Shown here: in pieces, positions 29,086 to 42,943 of the stretch | Position numbering within the stretch: position 1 is the first letter of the stretch | Layout: each line of letters begins with the position of its first letter | DNA from: Andalucia godoyi And28 | Lineage: Eukaryota; Protista; Jakobida | Direction of reading: 5' to 3' | DNA length: 64,000 bases | Assembly: GCA_009859145.1 (NCBI GenBank) | Contig: VRVR01000025.1 | Location: 7,211 to 71,210, forward strand | Program-made: the position numbers and the translations under genes | Notes under the pieces: generated by a model | The model's input: the letters and a program-made list of their open reading frames with translations, nothing else | Databases searched by the model: none | Told to the model about the DNA's origin: nothing

Positions 29086-32000
29086 TTAGGAGCTGCTCCG
29101 TAATTCCGCAATAAGACCCTGTCGCACAAAATCTGGAAACCTTGAATCCAGAGCAGAAAACGATGAAACAAACCCGTCGATCAACGAAGCCAAAGAAACA
29201 GGATCGTATCCCAAAAACACGTGACCACCGTCACGTCCGTTGGATGCACGGAAAGCGCGAAAATGCTGAATGAACAGGATCATAGAACAATCCGAAGCGA
29301 ATAGTACGGCGATACTCAACTTGTTCAATCGCGGCAGCAAAATGGCATTCACCAAGTCAGGGCTAACCAAGAATGAGGAATCCGACACATAATCGCCTTC
29401 TCGAAGAAATGAGGAAGCCTTCCGGATGAGATCCCATTGGTTGTCAGCACTGGACAACGATCGTAACACAGACGACAATTCCACAGCAAACAACGACAAC
29501 CAACGGAAAAGCACAAACAACCCGCAAAGCTGCTGAAAGTCTAGGAAAGAAAGACGAGAATCCCCGACTGTTCCGCAAAGAAACAACAAGCAATTCATGA
29601 TCACATCAATGTAAAACTCGGAATATGACGGGTCCGACACCTGAATCTCACTTGTGAATCGGAACAGAATATTCTTCACGGATCCTTCAATGGTCTTCGG
29701 ATCCGATCCTCGGATAAGCACCGAGAGTGTTTGAACGACAGTCGACCGCACCTTGAAGTCGCTCACTTTCCAAAGCTCGGTGTCAAGCATGCGCAACAAA
29801 GACGCTTCGAACCGCGAAACAAACAGCCGAGAAACAGCCGACGTGTTGTTCAAAAACACAATCTGCAGGATGCGATCAAAAAACAAGCCGACAAGAGGAC
29901 ACGAGACCAAAGCATCAACATGAGTAGGCTGCAAATGGGAAGCAACACCTAGTAAAAACCGCAGCGCCGACTTTCCAACGTCTCTACCATCAGAAGAAAT
30001 CGACACAACAAACGGTAACAACGCATTCAAAGCGTCACCAACGGGGAAGTCCGTCAGCGGAAGAAGCAACGTAAGACCACCCAGTGCAACTGACGACAGA
30101 GAGCTGTTCCCAATAAGAATGTCCTCCAGAATACCTTTGATGACAACGCGAGACATGGAAGAAAGGATTTGCCGAAATCGCTCCTTTTGGCTGGATTCCA
30201 TCGAGACGTTGGTGGTTGGGGACAAAATACGAACAACAAGCGAAATAAACGAAACGCGACACTCAATGCTTAGTGGATGAAGATTCTTGGAAAACAGAAC
30301 AGACATCAATGACGGTAACATCGTTTCTTGATTGACTTCAGGGTTGGACAGCATGACAAATGAACTCATGGACGAAATAAACTTCTGCGATTCCGCAGAA
30401 CGCATCGCAACGACATTCAAAAAAAGGGAGACGCACTCATTCCAGGAAACCGAGAAATTCGGTTGAGATGATGCCAGGAAATGGTCATGGGAACTCCGAG
30501 CCAAAGTCTTGGGAAGTCCACTCACGGTCGATTTGCAAGCCGCAACACATAATTTCGAAATTCCTCGCGAAAACGCAAAGTCCGCATGCTCTGCAACTTT
30601 GCTCTGATTCAATCGGACGGCGGATTCGCACAGCGCGTTCACGATATTGTCGCTCGTTCCACGGCTTCGACACAGCCGTCGAAGCTGGGGAATGGATATC
30701 TCTTCAATTCCTTCCGTGTTGATGCGGAAGCAGAGTTGGAGAGCAGAGACAAACACGTCATCCAACTGAAACGCATCAAAAGCAGAGGCTGCCATTTTCC
30801 ACGAATTGAGAATAGAAAACATTCGTTCCAAAAACGGAATTTTCAGGGCGGCATCTAGTACGATGAAGACACCGGGACCAAGATCCCCGTCAAGACTGTG
30901 CGCGGAACACATTGAACATAGCAGTCCAATCTGACGAATGGACTCTGGCGTCAAGTTGTTCATATCAGTATCGGTTATGATGTGAGCATGTGCAACGGCG
31001 ACGGATCCGACAATCTCATCAAGGTGCGCATGCTTCTGTTTCGAATCGAACACAAAATCATGGAGAATGGAAAGCGTGATTGGAACAGCGCTACACAGAG
31101 GAATCAGGTCGTGTACAAACAGTGACACGTGCTCAAAAAGACAAGTCCTGAGCAACCGGACAACTTCCCAGAAGCACGATGTCTGCGACCCGCCGTCGGG
31201 TAAAGAGAAGTCAAAAGAGCGCAGAATGATGCGAACAATAAATGAGAATGCATTCTCAGCACCAGAATACTTGATGACGCTTGAGATGCGCCGACCGCTG
31301 TCCGTCGAGCAACTCAACAAATACAAAAGTTCTCCAGCACTAGGAACGTCCAGCAAGACAGACGTCGACTCAACGAACCCATCGTTAAGGACGCATTTCT
31401 CGCAAATGGAGGATGCAGTCTTTGAACCGGTGTTCATAGACAGTTCAATATTGACGGCATCCACTAAGATGCGAAACGCCATAGAAAGTGCTTGGATGTG
31501 GACGTCTGTGAAGACCACGGAAGCACTTGGCTGTGCAAGCCGTTCTGCTCCAGAAACCGAAATAAAGGACAAAATGCACAAAAACAATGGCGACGGAGCG
31601 GCGAAGCATAAATATCGTTGAAATACGACAGGATCTAGATACCGGTGAAGAATCTCAAAACAAGAAAGGTACATTTGATTTCTGTCGGATTCCACTTGCA
31701 CAAAACGGCGGGACAGCGAAGGAAGGACCACGGACGCGATGTAGTCAATATGATCATCTGACAGCGGAAGCCACTTCATCAAGCGAAAGAAGCCAATGGC
31801 CTCTGGATACTTTCCAACGAGACCCTCCACTTCAAGAAACTGGTGGCACAAACTTCGGACTTGCATGCTAGTCGCCAGCATCTGCTTAAATCCCGGAATA
31901 TCGAACGAAACAACAGGGTATGGAATAATCGACGCATCCGTCAGATCTGCATTCCCGGATGATTCCTCAAGTAACTCAAAAGCATTCGACAGGAAAGCCA

Positions 32001-33645
32001 AAACCGCACCCATCACAGAGCACGGGACATTTCTGCACGACAAATAGCCTCGCAACTGGACAATGCACGCATCAAGAGTGTTATGCGGATCCTTTTTGCA
32101 GTGGATCCACAACAGATCGATAACTGAAATCAGCAAGTCCTCATCATCTGTGCTGATTTTTCCATCTTCCAAGGCTCTTCGGTAACCTGTGACTGCATTG
32201 TAGAGCATTTCCGTATCAACAGCCGTCTCTTGGCTGGATGCGAGCAAGTAGCGGTAGAAGGCCGCACCAAGAGGAGTGTACTCCAGATCATCCACCACTG
32301 ATGGAAGACGCTTCGACAAGAAATACTCAATCTGGTCCGTCTCTGAAGGTAGAATGGTGGGCTTAATGAGGGACAACAGTCGCACAAAATCAACTGCGGC
32401 GAAAGTCGGCTTCGATTCGGATTCTGCGGCATACATGTATCCAAATTGAGAACCTCCCTCCGAAACCGTTCGGACGAAAGACTCTACTTTGACAAACAAG
32501 ATTCGCAGAACATCCAAATGGAAACACATAATTTCTACCAGAAACCTTCTCAAAATCCGGTGGAGAATGGGAGCGAGAATGATCGAAGAAGAAACCGATT
32601 CGCGAGATAAAACCTTGATGGCAGAATCAAAGCAGCCTCTTTCTGCCGCGGAAACGATCTTGTCTGGCGATTTCCCCAGCAAGCCTCGAGAGAGCAAGTA
32701 CACCGAGAACATTGGCTGTGCAATCAGCTGAGAAGACTCGTTGATTTCAATGTCGGAAGACAAAATAATGGCAGTGTACGCCAAGTAAGCCACCACTTGC
32801 TCCGTGATCGGAGACCAGTTCCATGCGTCGCCAACTACATCATAATTCTCAAGAATACGATGCGTAAAACAAGCAGACTCTGCAAGCTTGATAATGGTGG
32901 CACCTTGTGGACGCAAGCAAGGAGGCCTTCTTTCGGTGCACAGGCACAAAACATGCCACAGCGCAAGTCTGGCTCGATGAGACATTACAAAATGTGCATC
33001 AGATTCTGCGTCGTACAGCGATGTCAGAAACTTGACGGTATTCGTAACCAGCGGAACCGAGCTGTCGGCACCTTCGACTTTGAGCAAGTGTTGAGCCAAG
33101 AACCGCTCCATCGCTGCGTCTCCGTGCTCTCCAAAAAGAAAAAGACTGCGGATGAGATTAATTTTCGGTAGCCATTTGCCAAGCAAATCAAACCGTACGA
33201 GCCGCACAATCTCATCTAGAGAGTTCCCTGTGCGTTTCTCAGCGATTCTCTTGATCGCCTCGGCGCATTCCAGTGGTGATGCATGCACCTCTTTGCTCAT
33301 CTTCATCAATACACTCTTGCCTTCCTCGGCAGATACAAACAGTCTGGGATGCTGCTTCATGATCGAGTCCCATATGTGAGCACCCACAGATTCCGAATTC
33401 TGGCGACTCGGTGCATCAAACAACGTTTTGAGAGCCGCAATCACATCGGGTTGCGACAACCTCGATATTAGTCGGTCTCTTGTAGCAGTATAGATGGTGT
33501 CCTTTGGAATATCTGCTGCGCTTTCCTCGGACTGCGAAAGCCGAGAAACAATGTTCTGCACATTGGAAAACAATTCTTCAAACTCGCTGTCCTTCTCACG
33601 CATCTGCCGAAGTTCTGCAGAATGATCAGCTACGGCAACTGACAT
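29086..33645 (-). CDS. NUP205: Inner-ring nucleoporin Nup205/Nup192-like alpha-solenoid protein
   Basis: 1519-aa helical ORF. FLEVEGLVGKYPEAIGFFRLM…DYIASVVLPSLSRRFVQVESDRNQM resembles the conserved Nup205 E-E-x3-YP-x3-F-x-L…F…R-Y block. Confidence 0.6.
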   Translation of the reverse strand: MSVAVADHSAELRQMREKDSEFEELFSNVQNIVSRLSQSEESAADIPKDTIYTATRDRLISRLSQPDVIAALKTLFDAPSRQNSESVGAHIWDSIMKQHPRLFVSAEEGKSVLMKMSKEVHASPLECAEAIKRIAEKRTGNSLDEIVRLVRFDLLGKWLPKINLIRSLFLFGEHGDAAMERFLAQHLLKVEGADSSVPLVTNTVKFLTSLYDAESDAHFVMSHRARLALWHVLCLCTERRPPCLRPQGATIIKLAESACFTHRILENYDVVGDAWNWSPITEQVVAYLAYTAIILSSDIEINESSQLIAQPMFSVYLLSRGLLGKSPDKIVSAAERGCFDSAIKVLSRESVSSSIILAPILHRILRRFLVEIMCFHLDVLRILFVKVESFVRTVSEGGSQFGYMYAAESESKPTFAAVDFVRLLSLIKPTILPSETDQIEYFLSKRLPSVVDDLEYTPLGAAFYRYLLASSQETAVDTEMLYNAVTGYRRALEDGKISTDDEDLLISVIDLLWIHCKKDPHNTLDACIVQLRGYLSCRNVPCSVMGAVLAFLSNAFELLEESSGNADLTDASIIPYPVVSFDIPGFKQMLATSMQVRSLCHQFLEVEGLVGKYPEAIGFFRLMKWLPLSDDHIDYIASVVLPSLSRRFVQVESDRNQMYLSCFEILHRYLDPVVFQRYLCFAAPSPLFLCILSFISVSGAERLAQPSASVVFTDVHIQALSMAFRILVDAVNIELSMNTGSKTASSICEKCVLNDGFVESTSVLLDVPSAGELLYLLSCSTDSGRRISSVIKYSGAENAFSFIVRIILRSFDFSLPDGGSQTSCFWEVVRLLRTCLFEHVSLFVHDLIPLCSAVPITLSILHDFVFDSKQKHAHLDEIVGSVAVAHAHIITDTDMNNLTPESIRQIGLLCSMCSAHSLDGDLGPGVFIVLDAALKIPFLERMFSILNSWKMAASAFDAFQLDDVFVSALQLCFRINTEGIEEISIPQLRRLCRSRGTSDNIVNALCESAVRLNQSKVAEHADFAFSRGISKLCVAACKSTVSGLPKTLARSSHDHFLASSQPNFSVSWNECVSLFLNVVAMRSAESQKFISSMSSFVMLSNPEVNQETMLPSLMSVLFSKNLHPLSIECRVSFISLVVRILSPTTNVSMESSQKERFRQILSSMSRVVIKGILEDILIGNSSLSSVALGGLTLLLPLTDFPVGDALNALLPFVVSISSDGRDVGKSALRFLLGVASHLQPTHVDALVSCPLVGLFFDRILQIVFLNNTSAVSRLFVSRFEASLLRMLDTELWKVSDFKVRSTVVQTLSVLIRGSDPKTIEGSVKNILFRFTSEIQVSDPSYSEFYIDVIMNCLLFLCGTVGDSRLSFLDFQQLCGLFVLFRWLSLFAVELSSVLRSLSSADNQWDLIRKASSFLREGDYVSDSSFLVSPDLVNAILLPRLNKLSIAVLFASDCSMILFIQHFRAFRASNGRDGGHVFLGYDPVSLASLIDGFVSSFSALDSRFPDFVRQGLIAELRSSS

Positions 33646-33773
33646 TTTTTAATATTTTTCCCCCCTCTCCCCCGTGAAAGCGCAATCTAAATAATAATAA
33701 AAAAAGAGGTAAGTAACATTTCGTTGCACCGAAGAACGGTGGGGAATTGCGAGGGATCGTTTTTCGCACGAAA

Positions 33774-33817
33774 GGGGCGGGTTTTTGGGGATGGGGAGGA
33801 AGTGGGGGGGTGGGGGG
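33774..33817 (+). promoter_or_regulatory. G-quadruplex-forming G-tract cluster in the NUP205/CDC48 divergent intergenic region
   Basis: GGGG-c-GGG-ttttt-GGGG-at-GGGG-aggaagt-GGGGGGG-t-GGGGGG: six runs of at least 3 G. Function is not shown. Confidence 0.45.
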
Positions 33818-33994
33818 ATTGCATCACTTGATGCTCAGGAAACCTCAACCCTCGTCAAGAGAACTTGAAGCATGAAACTTGAAACCAAACCTCCCAGTTG
33901 CTGTTGACGTGTTGACTTGAAGTTGCGTTCCACATTTGATCCGAATAAGCGGTGTCTCATCGATTGCGTCTCATTTGATTTCTCCAATCTGTGA

Positions 33995-36613
<2,619 letters not shown>

Positions 36614-37101
36614 GCACGGACCTCTTCTTCATCTCCATTTCCGTCTCATCTCCTTTTCAGTTTTCTTGATTCGATATAAAGAACACCATTCCAAAGCAAA
36701 ACACAATTCAGTTCAAGTTCGCACACGAAGGCGCGAGTTGAAAACCATACTGCGGGCTACCCTCCAACCCAAACGTCTGGTGGACGGCTGTGAAGATCAT
36801 CGGATAGTATGGCTGGGAAGGTGTGCAGGTCGAGGCCCAATGAGAGACACTGTCGAATACTGACAACCGATTCCTTTGTAACTGATGATGGGCGCTGATG
36901 CGGATTGTAAAGCCACTTTACGTCAATAAAATCGGCTTGAGGCGCACCTGCGAGCCAAATGTGTGGAGAGGTTTTTGGAATGGATGGTAATATTTGTTTT
37001 ATTTTATTTTTACTTTTTCTTTTTCCCTTGGTGTTGTTGTTGTTGGTGGTGTTGTTGTTCTGGGATCAGCGCCGGTTTTCTTCATTTTGAGCTTCTTCTG
37101 C

Positions 37102-39273
37102 ATGACGCCGCGGACATTCCTTGAAGAAATCTTGCGGCCTCACAATGCTGAAGAGCTTGACGAGCTCGCCAAGAGGGTTTTTCAGACGACAAGAGGCTCG
37201 GACGCGCTGCTGATGCTGGACGAAATGATGCGTCTTCCATCCACACCGCAGTTTTCCGACGATGCCCGCCAGAATTTGGTCTATTTGTTTTCAAAGTTTA
37301 TTGGATTTGCATCCTATCTGAAAGGATTTCAAGATCGGTGCGATCCGCTGTGGAGTGTTTTGGAGAGCTGGATGCCGTCGCCGAATGTGGAAGAAGTTCT
37401 TGTTCACATTGTGCCTGTGCTTTCTGCAGAGTTCCTGGATGAGCGAATAGAGCGAATTATCCACCACATCACCTCCATTGAATTGCTAGATGCGGTCTTT
37501 GCGGTTTCCACGTCGTTTGCCGATCGGCATTTGGATGCGGTGGAATCGCTCATGATCTCCAAAATGCATGAGCAGTATCAGGCATTTGTTCACATGCTGT
37601 GGAAACTGGCAAGAGGGCACTTCAAGGCAGAGCGCTCCGTATCCGAGTTCCTCAAAGTCGCGAGTGAAAAGCAGCATGACCCATATACCATTCTTGGTTT
37701 GTGCAGCGCGGTGTATGCTGATGTTCCTCTGTCCGTCACGGCGTTTGACATGATGATGGAGGAATTGTTGTCGATCAAGGATCAGGATCAAATAGGATTT
37801 GGCGCAGATTCCGGAGGAAATGATGAAGGTCAGGGCGGCGACGATGACGATGACGACGACGACGGCGGCGGCGGCGGCAGTGTGGACGCAGAAAATGCAT
37901 TCTCCAACGAGGACCCGATCTCCGGAGGAAGTCCAGGGCAGGAAAGCTTCCTTGTAATGATGCGTTGCCTGTATCATGTGTGTGGCTCATCGTCATTCTT
38001 TCGTGATCTGAGCATCGGCGCCAAACAGAGACTGTATGACTCCATCGTTGGTCTTGTATCTCTGCATTCTGAAGAGTCGCCAATCATTCCAAGAACGGCG
38101 TCTATGGTGGTGTCCCGCATCATGTGCTTGATGAAGAAGGAATTTCAGGATCTTGCACCGAAATTTCTGGAAGACGACGTCTTCATTCTCGAATCCCTTC
38201 AACTGTGTTTAGACTACCTGCAGTACGTTGACTCGTCGCACGGGACGGTGCAGCGCATTCTCCCTGCATTCCACTCCTTTTTCAAAGGCACTCAACTGTG
38301 GAGAGAAGTTCGCAGTATGTTTTCTGCATTCTCTGCATTCTTCAAGCAAGATCCGCAGTATGTGCCGCATTTCCTTTCGTTGCTGTTTCCAGTTCTGTCC
38401 AGGATCTGCACGAGCGCATCCATTTTTTTCTGCGGTTTCTCTTGCGTTGAACTGCTTTTCCGGTTATTAGTTTCCGGTTATTTGGATCGGGAGCAACGCA
38501 CGGTGGTGCTTCGGGTGGTTCGCAGCATAGTGCTGTTGGACTTTGTGGAGGACTTTCGCCCGGTGGACTACTACCCGCTTGAATCCACACCGTGGTACAT
38601 GAATCTCGATGAGCATGCTCGAGATGATCTCGAAGAGTATTCCAAGACGGACGAGTACAATCCCAAAGAGTACGATGGTCATTTGTTCTCCATTCCACGG
38701 ACGGGTACCCAGAGCAGCTCGGACAGTGAGGAAACTGAGCAAGACGATGGCGATGATGGCGATGATGGCGATGATGATATGGGAGACGAGTTCGGCGACG
38801 ACTGGGTAGTAGATGCCGTTTCGGAGCTTCAGTTGGGAGTCCTCACAGCTCTTTCGGACCCGTCCTTTGTGGCCCTCCTTTGTCCTGATGGTCGCCAAGA
38901 ATGCAAGAACATCTTGTTTCTTCTCGTCCAAATTCTGGCTTCCGAAATGCATCGTGAATCGATCTTTGAAGCCGATGCGCTCATCCGGCCCAAACAGGTA
39001 TCTGCGTTTTCGACGATCCTGAATGTTCCTGGCATTGTCTCTCTCGAGGAAGTCACACTGCTGGTTGCCGAGCACTTGGTCCCCACCTCTCAGCAGGCCG
39101 CTGCAAATGCATCGTGGGATCTGTATGAGGCATGTCTCATCGCCTTGACACTACTCCCGGGTTCTCTGCGTCTTCCGATGGACCAGCTGGAAGTGCCGTC
39201 AGATGCTCCTGCAGAACTTTTGCACCTCCACAGTACTCTTGTCGCCCGTCAACAGTCCTTCGTGGAGTCCTGA
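37102..39273 (+). CDS. HEAT/ARM-like alpha-solenoid protein with acidic loops (possibly karyopherin-like)
   Basis: About 720 aa of amphipathic helices and two Asp-rich inserts; DDMGDEFGDDWVV… recalls the acidic loop of importin-beta/CAND1-type proteins. Family uncertain. Confidence 0.6.
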   Translation: MTPRTFLEEILRPHNAEELDELAKRVFQTTRGSDALLMLDEMMRLPSTPQFSDDARQNLVYLFSKFIGFASYLKGFQDRCDPLWSVLESWMPSPNVEEVLVHIVPVLSAEFLDERIERIIHHITSIELLDAVFAVSTSFADRHLDAVESLMISKMHEQYQAFVHMLWKLARGHFKAERSVSEFLKVASEKQHDPYTILGLCSAVYADVPLSVTAFDMMMEELLSIKDQDQIGFGADSGGNDEGQGGDDDDDDDDGGGGGSVDAENAFSNEDPISGGSPGQESFLVMMRCLYHVCGSSSFFRDLSIGAKQRLYDSIVGLVSLHSEESPIIPRTASMVVSRIMCLMKKEFQDLAPKFLEDDVFILESLQLCLDYLQYVDSSHGTVQRILPAFHSFFKGTQLWREVRSMFSAFSAFFKQDPQYVPHFLSLLFPVLSRICTSASIFFCGFSCVELLFRLLVSGYLDREQRTVVLRVVRSIVLLDFVEDFRPVDYYPLESTPWYMNLDEHARDDLEEYSKTDEYNPKEYDGHLFSIPRTGTQSSSDSEETEQDDGDDGDDGDDDMGDEFGDDWVVDAVSELQLGVLTALSDPSFVALLCPDGRQECKNILFLLVQILASEMHRESIFEADALIRPKQVSAFSTILNVPGIVSLEEVTLLVAEHLVPTSQQAAANASWDLYEACLIALTLLPGSLRLPMDQLEVPSDAPAELLHLHSTLVARQQSFVES

Positions 39274-39417
39274 AGGTCCTACATTCTCTCTCAAAGGTAA
39301 AATCGTTTGGCGAAGTTTATTATCGTCCCCGCCACTCTTGCATGATTTTTTTATATTTTTTTTTGTTGAGGGGGGGTGCACGCACTCTTCACAGCTAGCA
39401 ACATGCGTAATAATTGA

Positions 39418-40362
39418 TTACGGTTTATTTCTGAGAGCAGCCACACCAGATCGTCGGACATGGAACCACGAATAGACAAGGTCGAATGAAAACTCGGAAA
39501 ACAGTCTCTGCGGTCCGTCAAAGTACCAAGCGACGGCAAAGAGAGTGGACGCCTGGATCAGTGAATTCCAGTAGATGATCCAAGTTGTGACAGCGACTGG
39601 CCTTCCAAGGATAGAAAGCATCCACAGACCGGAGAATCCGCAGCACAGATTGATCCACTGAGAGTTAACCGACACACCCGCCGACGATCTTCTGTTGATT
39701 GACAACATGAGCTGAGGGATGTGGGACAAAATCTGCGCGGCTGGCTTGACAAGATTGGTCAACGGCAGCGTAGCTGGAAACATGATTCCAAAGATCAGGG
39801 GAACCACGGAAAAGAAACAGTACCATAAATAATGATAGGAGTATACAATCGTGACTCCTGAAGACAAGCCAGGCAATGATGATGATGCGGACGACGACAA
39901 CGATGAGGAGCCGGACGAAGATGAGGGTGATGTCGGGGACGAGGAAGAGGAGGAGGAGGAAGAAGAAGAAGAGCCGACTGCCAAGTTGTTCAACGGCGAC
40001 AGGTGTCCAGGATTGGAGGCAGCATCGCCTGAAGATGGACCATTTGACATTGGCAATTCTAGCTTATCCACGTCAGCGGTCAAGACTGCAGTTCCATAAA
40101 TCGTGAACTGCAGCATGAACAGGCAGTGTGTGAAGAGGTTGTTGAGGCCGTAGAGGACGGTTGGGAGCGGCTGTGCAGTGAGCCACGTGTTTGAAAAATG
40201 GAACGCAGCACCAATAAGCTTGATGATGATGGACCGCGGCGAAAACCCAACAGTCGATCGCCGAGTGTAGTTCATCCAAAGCTGAGGCAAATACTGCATC
40301 GTCGCACAAGTTGTCGAGATCAGGCCCAGCAGGAACACAAGCTGATCATGACTAAGAACCAT
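39418..40362 (-). CDS. PQ-loop repeat membrane transporter
   Basis: Two PQ loops, QYLPQLWMNYTRRSTVGFS and SHIPQLMLSINRRSSAGVS, separated by TM helices and a poly-Ser loop. Confidence 0.9.
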   Translation of the reverse strand: MVLSHDQLVFLLGLISTTCATMQYLPQLWMNYTRRSTVGFSPRSIIIKLIGAAFHFSNTWLTAQPLPTVLYGLNNLFTHCLFMLQFTIYGTAVLTADVDKLELPMSNGPSSGDAASNPGHLSPLNNLAVGSSSSSSSSSSSSPTSPSSSSGSSSLSSSASSSLPGLSSGVTIVYSYHYLWYCFFSVVPLIFGIMFPATLPLTNLVKPAAQILSHIPQLMLSINRRSSAGVSVNSQWINLCCGFSGLWMLSILGRPVAVTTWIIYWNSLIQASTLFAVAWYFDGPQRLFSEFSFDLVYSWFHVRRSGVAALRNKP

Positions 40363-40395
40363 CGTTCCGCCTTTTTTTCATCCAACTTCTTCCTC

Positions 40396-40482
40396 TGTGT
40401 GTGTGTGTATGTGTGTATGTGTGTGTGTGTGTGTGTGTGTGAGTGTGTGAGTGTGTGAGTGAGTGAGTGAGTGAGTGAGTGT
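40396..40482. repeat. Compound microsatellite (TG)n-(TGAG)n
   Basis: Read directly from the sequence. Confidence 0.95.
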
Positions 40483-41334
40483 CTGTCTAATGCTTTCGGG
40501 ACTCCTCAACTTAAATTCTGATAAACAATCACCCCAAAAGAGTCTGAGGAAATCAAGCCTTGGTTTTGAGGAGGAACGGAAAGGTATGCCAAACAGTCAT
40601 CCAATCCACAAGAACAAGAACAAAAAACTAAAACTAAAACTATGATAATAACAACAACAAAAAAAAAAAAGAGCCAAAAAAGATTCACGACAATCAATAA
40701 ATACAAGGTGAGAGAAATTGCTGCTATCAGAAGGTCTCTGAGGCCAGATAAAAAGACAGCGAGCGTGCAGCATTGACACGCTTTTTGTTTTTGTTTTTGT
40801 TTTATATTTACAGTAGGCTGCGTTGAAATGGACATGAATGCCATACATGCGAAGAGCACAATGCCTGCTGTTGTTCGTTCAGGCCCAGGACTGCTGAGTT
40901 GTTTCCTCAGCTCACCGACAGCTGAAACACTTTCGTCATCATGTTGCTAGACAAAAACGGATCCCGATGAGCAAGCAGTCCGCTTTTTTGAGTGTACGTC
41001 CCTGCAAGAAGAATGGAAAAACGTTGGGAGCTGCGCAAATCGTTTCAGAAGGATGTTCGGCATAGTGCTGCTCCATTGAGTCTATCAGACTCCAGCTTGT
41101 TGGCAGCATCAACTGCATATCAAGTGAAGTTCTCTACGACAGCTTTTTGGCAGAGGTGTTTTTTTTACTTTTATTTTTATTTATTGTCTGCACAGAGAGG
41201 CCATGCCACGAGGTGTTAATTAGTAACTGAAGGATTGAAACAACGAGGAAATAGCAAGTCAGGAGCAAAGGCGGTGGAGAAGCGATGGAAAAGAGCTGAA
41301 ATTTTTTTTGGGGAGGGGAAAAGGGAAAAAAAAA

Positions 41335-41644
41335 ATGAAACTGGGATACAAGGCGTCAAAACTAATCAAGATCGATTCGCAGTCGATGGGAAACGCTCAC
41401 GGACACGGTGGCTGCGCGAGTCTGGATCCGGATCCGGGTCTTCTGGATCGTCATTCTCACTCTCGGCGAGGCCACACACTCTTACCGGAAAACAAACATC
41501 TGAAGGAGCTCATCAAGCATCATGAAGACCTAACAAGAGAAAGCATTGCTGAGAAAATCCTGCTTGCACAGCGGTTTTTCCACGAGAAGGAACTCATGTT
41601 GGAGGAAAAACAGCAGCGATTGCCAACGATTCACAAGCGAGAGC

Positions 41645-41679
<35 letters not shown>

Positions 41680-42747
41680 CGAAATTGTAAGAGGCACGGT
41701 GGGAGACAGCAGTATCTGAACCGACGGAGAATGTCGATCACGATGGATATGGTGGAGGATATGGAGATCCTCAGCAAGGCATCCAGGCAGCTGGACGCGG
41801 ATATTCATATGAACGGAAGAAATGCTGTTGCCGGTGCTCAGTCGAGTGAGTGTTCATTGTTTTCACCTGCTCTTTTCGGTTTCAGTAGGCCTTCCGCCTC
41901 GTCATCATCATCATCATCATCATTATCATCATTATCATCACTATCATCACTGGGATCACTTTCTGCGGGGTTCATGGGGACGAGCGATGGCGTCCAAAAC
42001 GAAAACTGTAAGAACCGCGTTTCTGTGTCTGCACTGGAAGAGGTCGATCAGGAAGTCGAACAAGAAAAGAAAGAGAAGCATAACGGCAGGAACAGATCCA
42101 AGAGGAAAGGGGCGTCTTCCAGAGGAAAACAGAGAAAGTATGGTGCGTGGTACATTGATCCGGTGCATTGGAAGCCCCATGGCCAGGGAGAGGTCTGGAT
42201 TAGCGACAAGATTGCAAAACAAAACGTGGAGAAGCAAGAAGAGGCGGAAAAGAAACGCAGCGCAGAAGAGGAAAAGCGAATACAAGAATTCCGAAAACTG
42301 ATCGCAGGCGATACCCCCGCAAAAGAACGTCTGACTGAAGCGGTGTTGACGCACGGGCTTCCAAAGCTTGATGCAGCATCCATTGGAAATCTGAAGAGAA
42401 CAGACTCCTCAGGAAGCTTGCTGAACGGTGATTTGCGACGCAGCAGCATCATGAATTGGAGAGCGGAGAAAAGGAGCGGCCCAGTCACGTCGGAGCCGTC
42501 GTTTCAATGGACGACCAATCCACAGCTTCGAGAGCGTCGCCAGTCTTTTACGGGCCGCATGCAGATGCTGAAGAGCATGGAGGGGGAATCGAGCGACGAA
42601 AATGGCGAAGACACGGAGCTGCTGAGGGTTGACTACCGTACCTGTGACAGCGCTGGGCTGTTCAGAGAGTTTCTCGCGGAGAAGAATCTGCGCATGACGG
42701 ATGTCGTGAAGAAGATTCGAAACCGACGCAAACCCGTTTCCAAGTGA
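41335..42747 (+). CDS. Hypothetical protein with poly-Q and poly-S tracts and a coiled coil
   Basis: About 470-aa ORF; ATG at 41335 or 41386. Ordered-looking motifs YGAWYIDPVHW and FREFLAEKNLR. No family recognised. Confidence 0.7.
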
Positions 42748-42943
42748 CAGTAAGCGACAAACAAACAAACAAAAACAAAAGCCATATCTGTTATATTTTT
42801 ATTTCAGCGTCATCACACACAGTAAATAACAAGCAGTAATTAAAAATCCAAGGAAGAAGAACCGGAAGAGTGTTGTGATCATCCACGCCAAAAAAAGAAA
42901 AAAAAACACCACAAAAAACACCACAAACGAGACATTGCGCGGC

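Noticed and set aside
33709-33714. GTAAGT donor-like hexamer upstream of CDC48
   Set aside because: No acceptor AG lies between the pyrimidine tract and the CDC48 ATG, so no sensible intron can be built.
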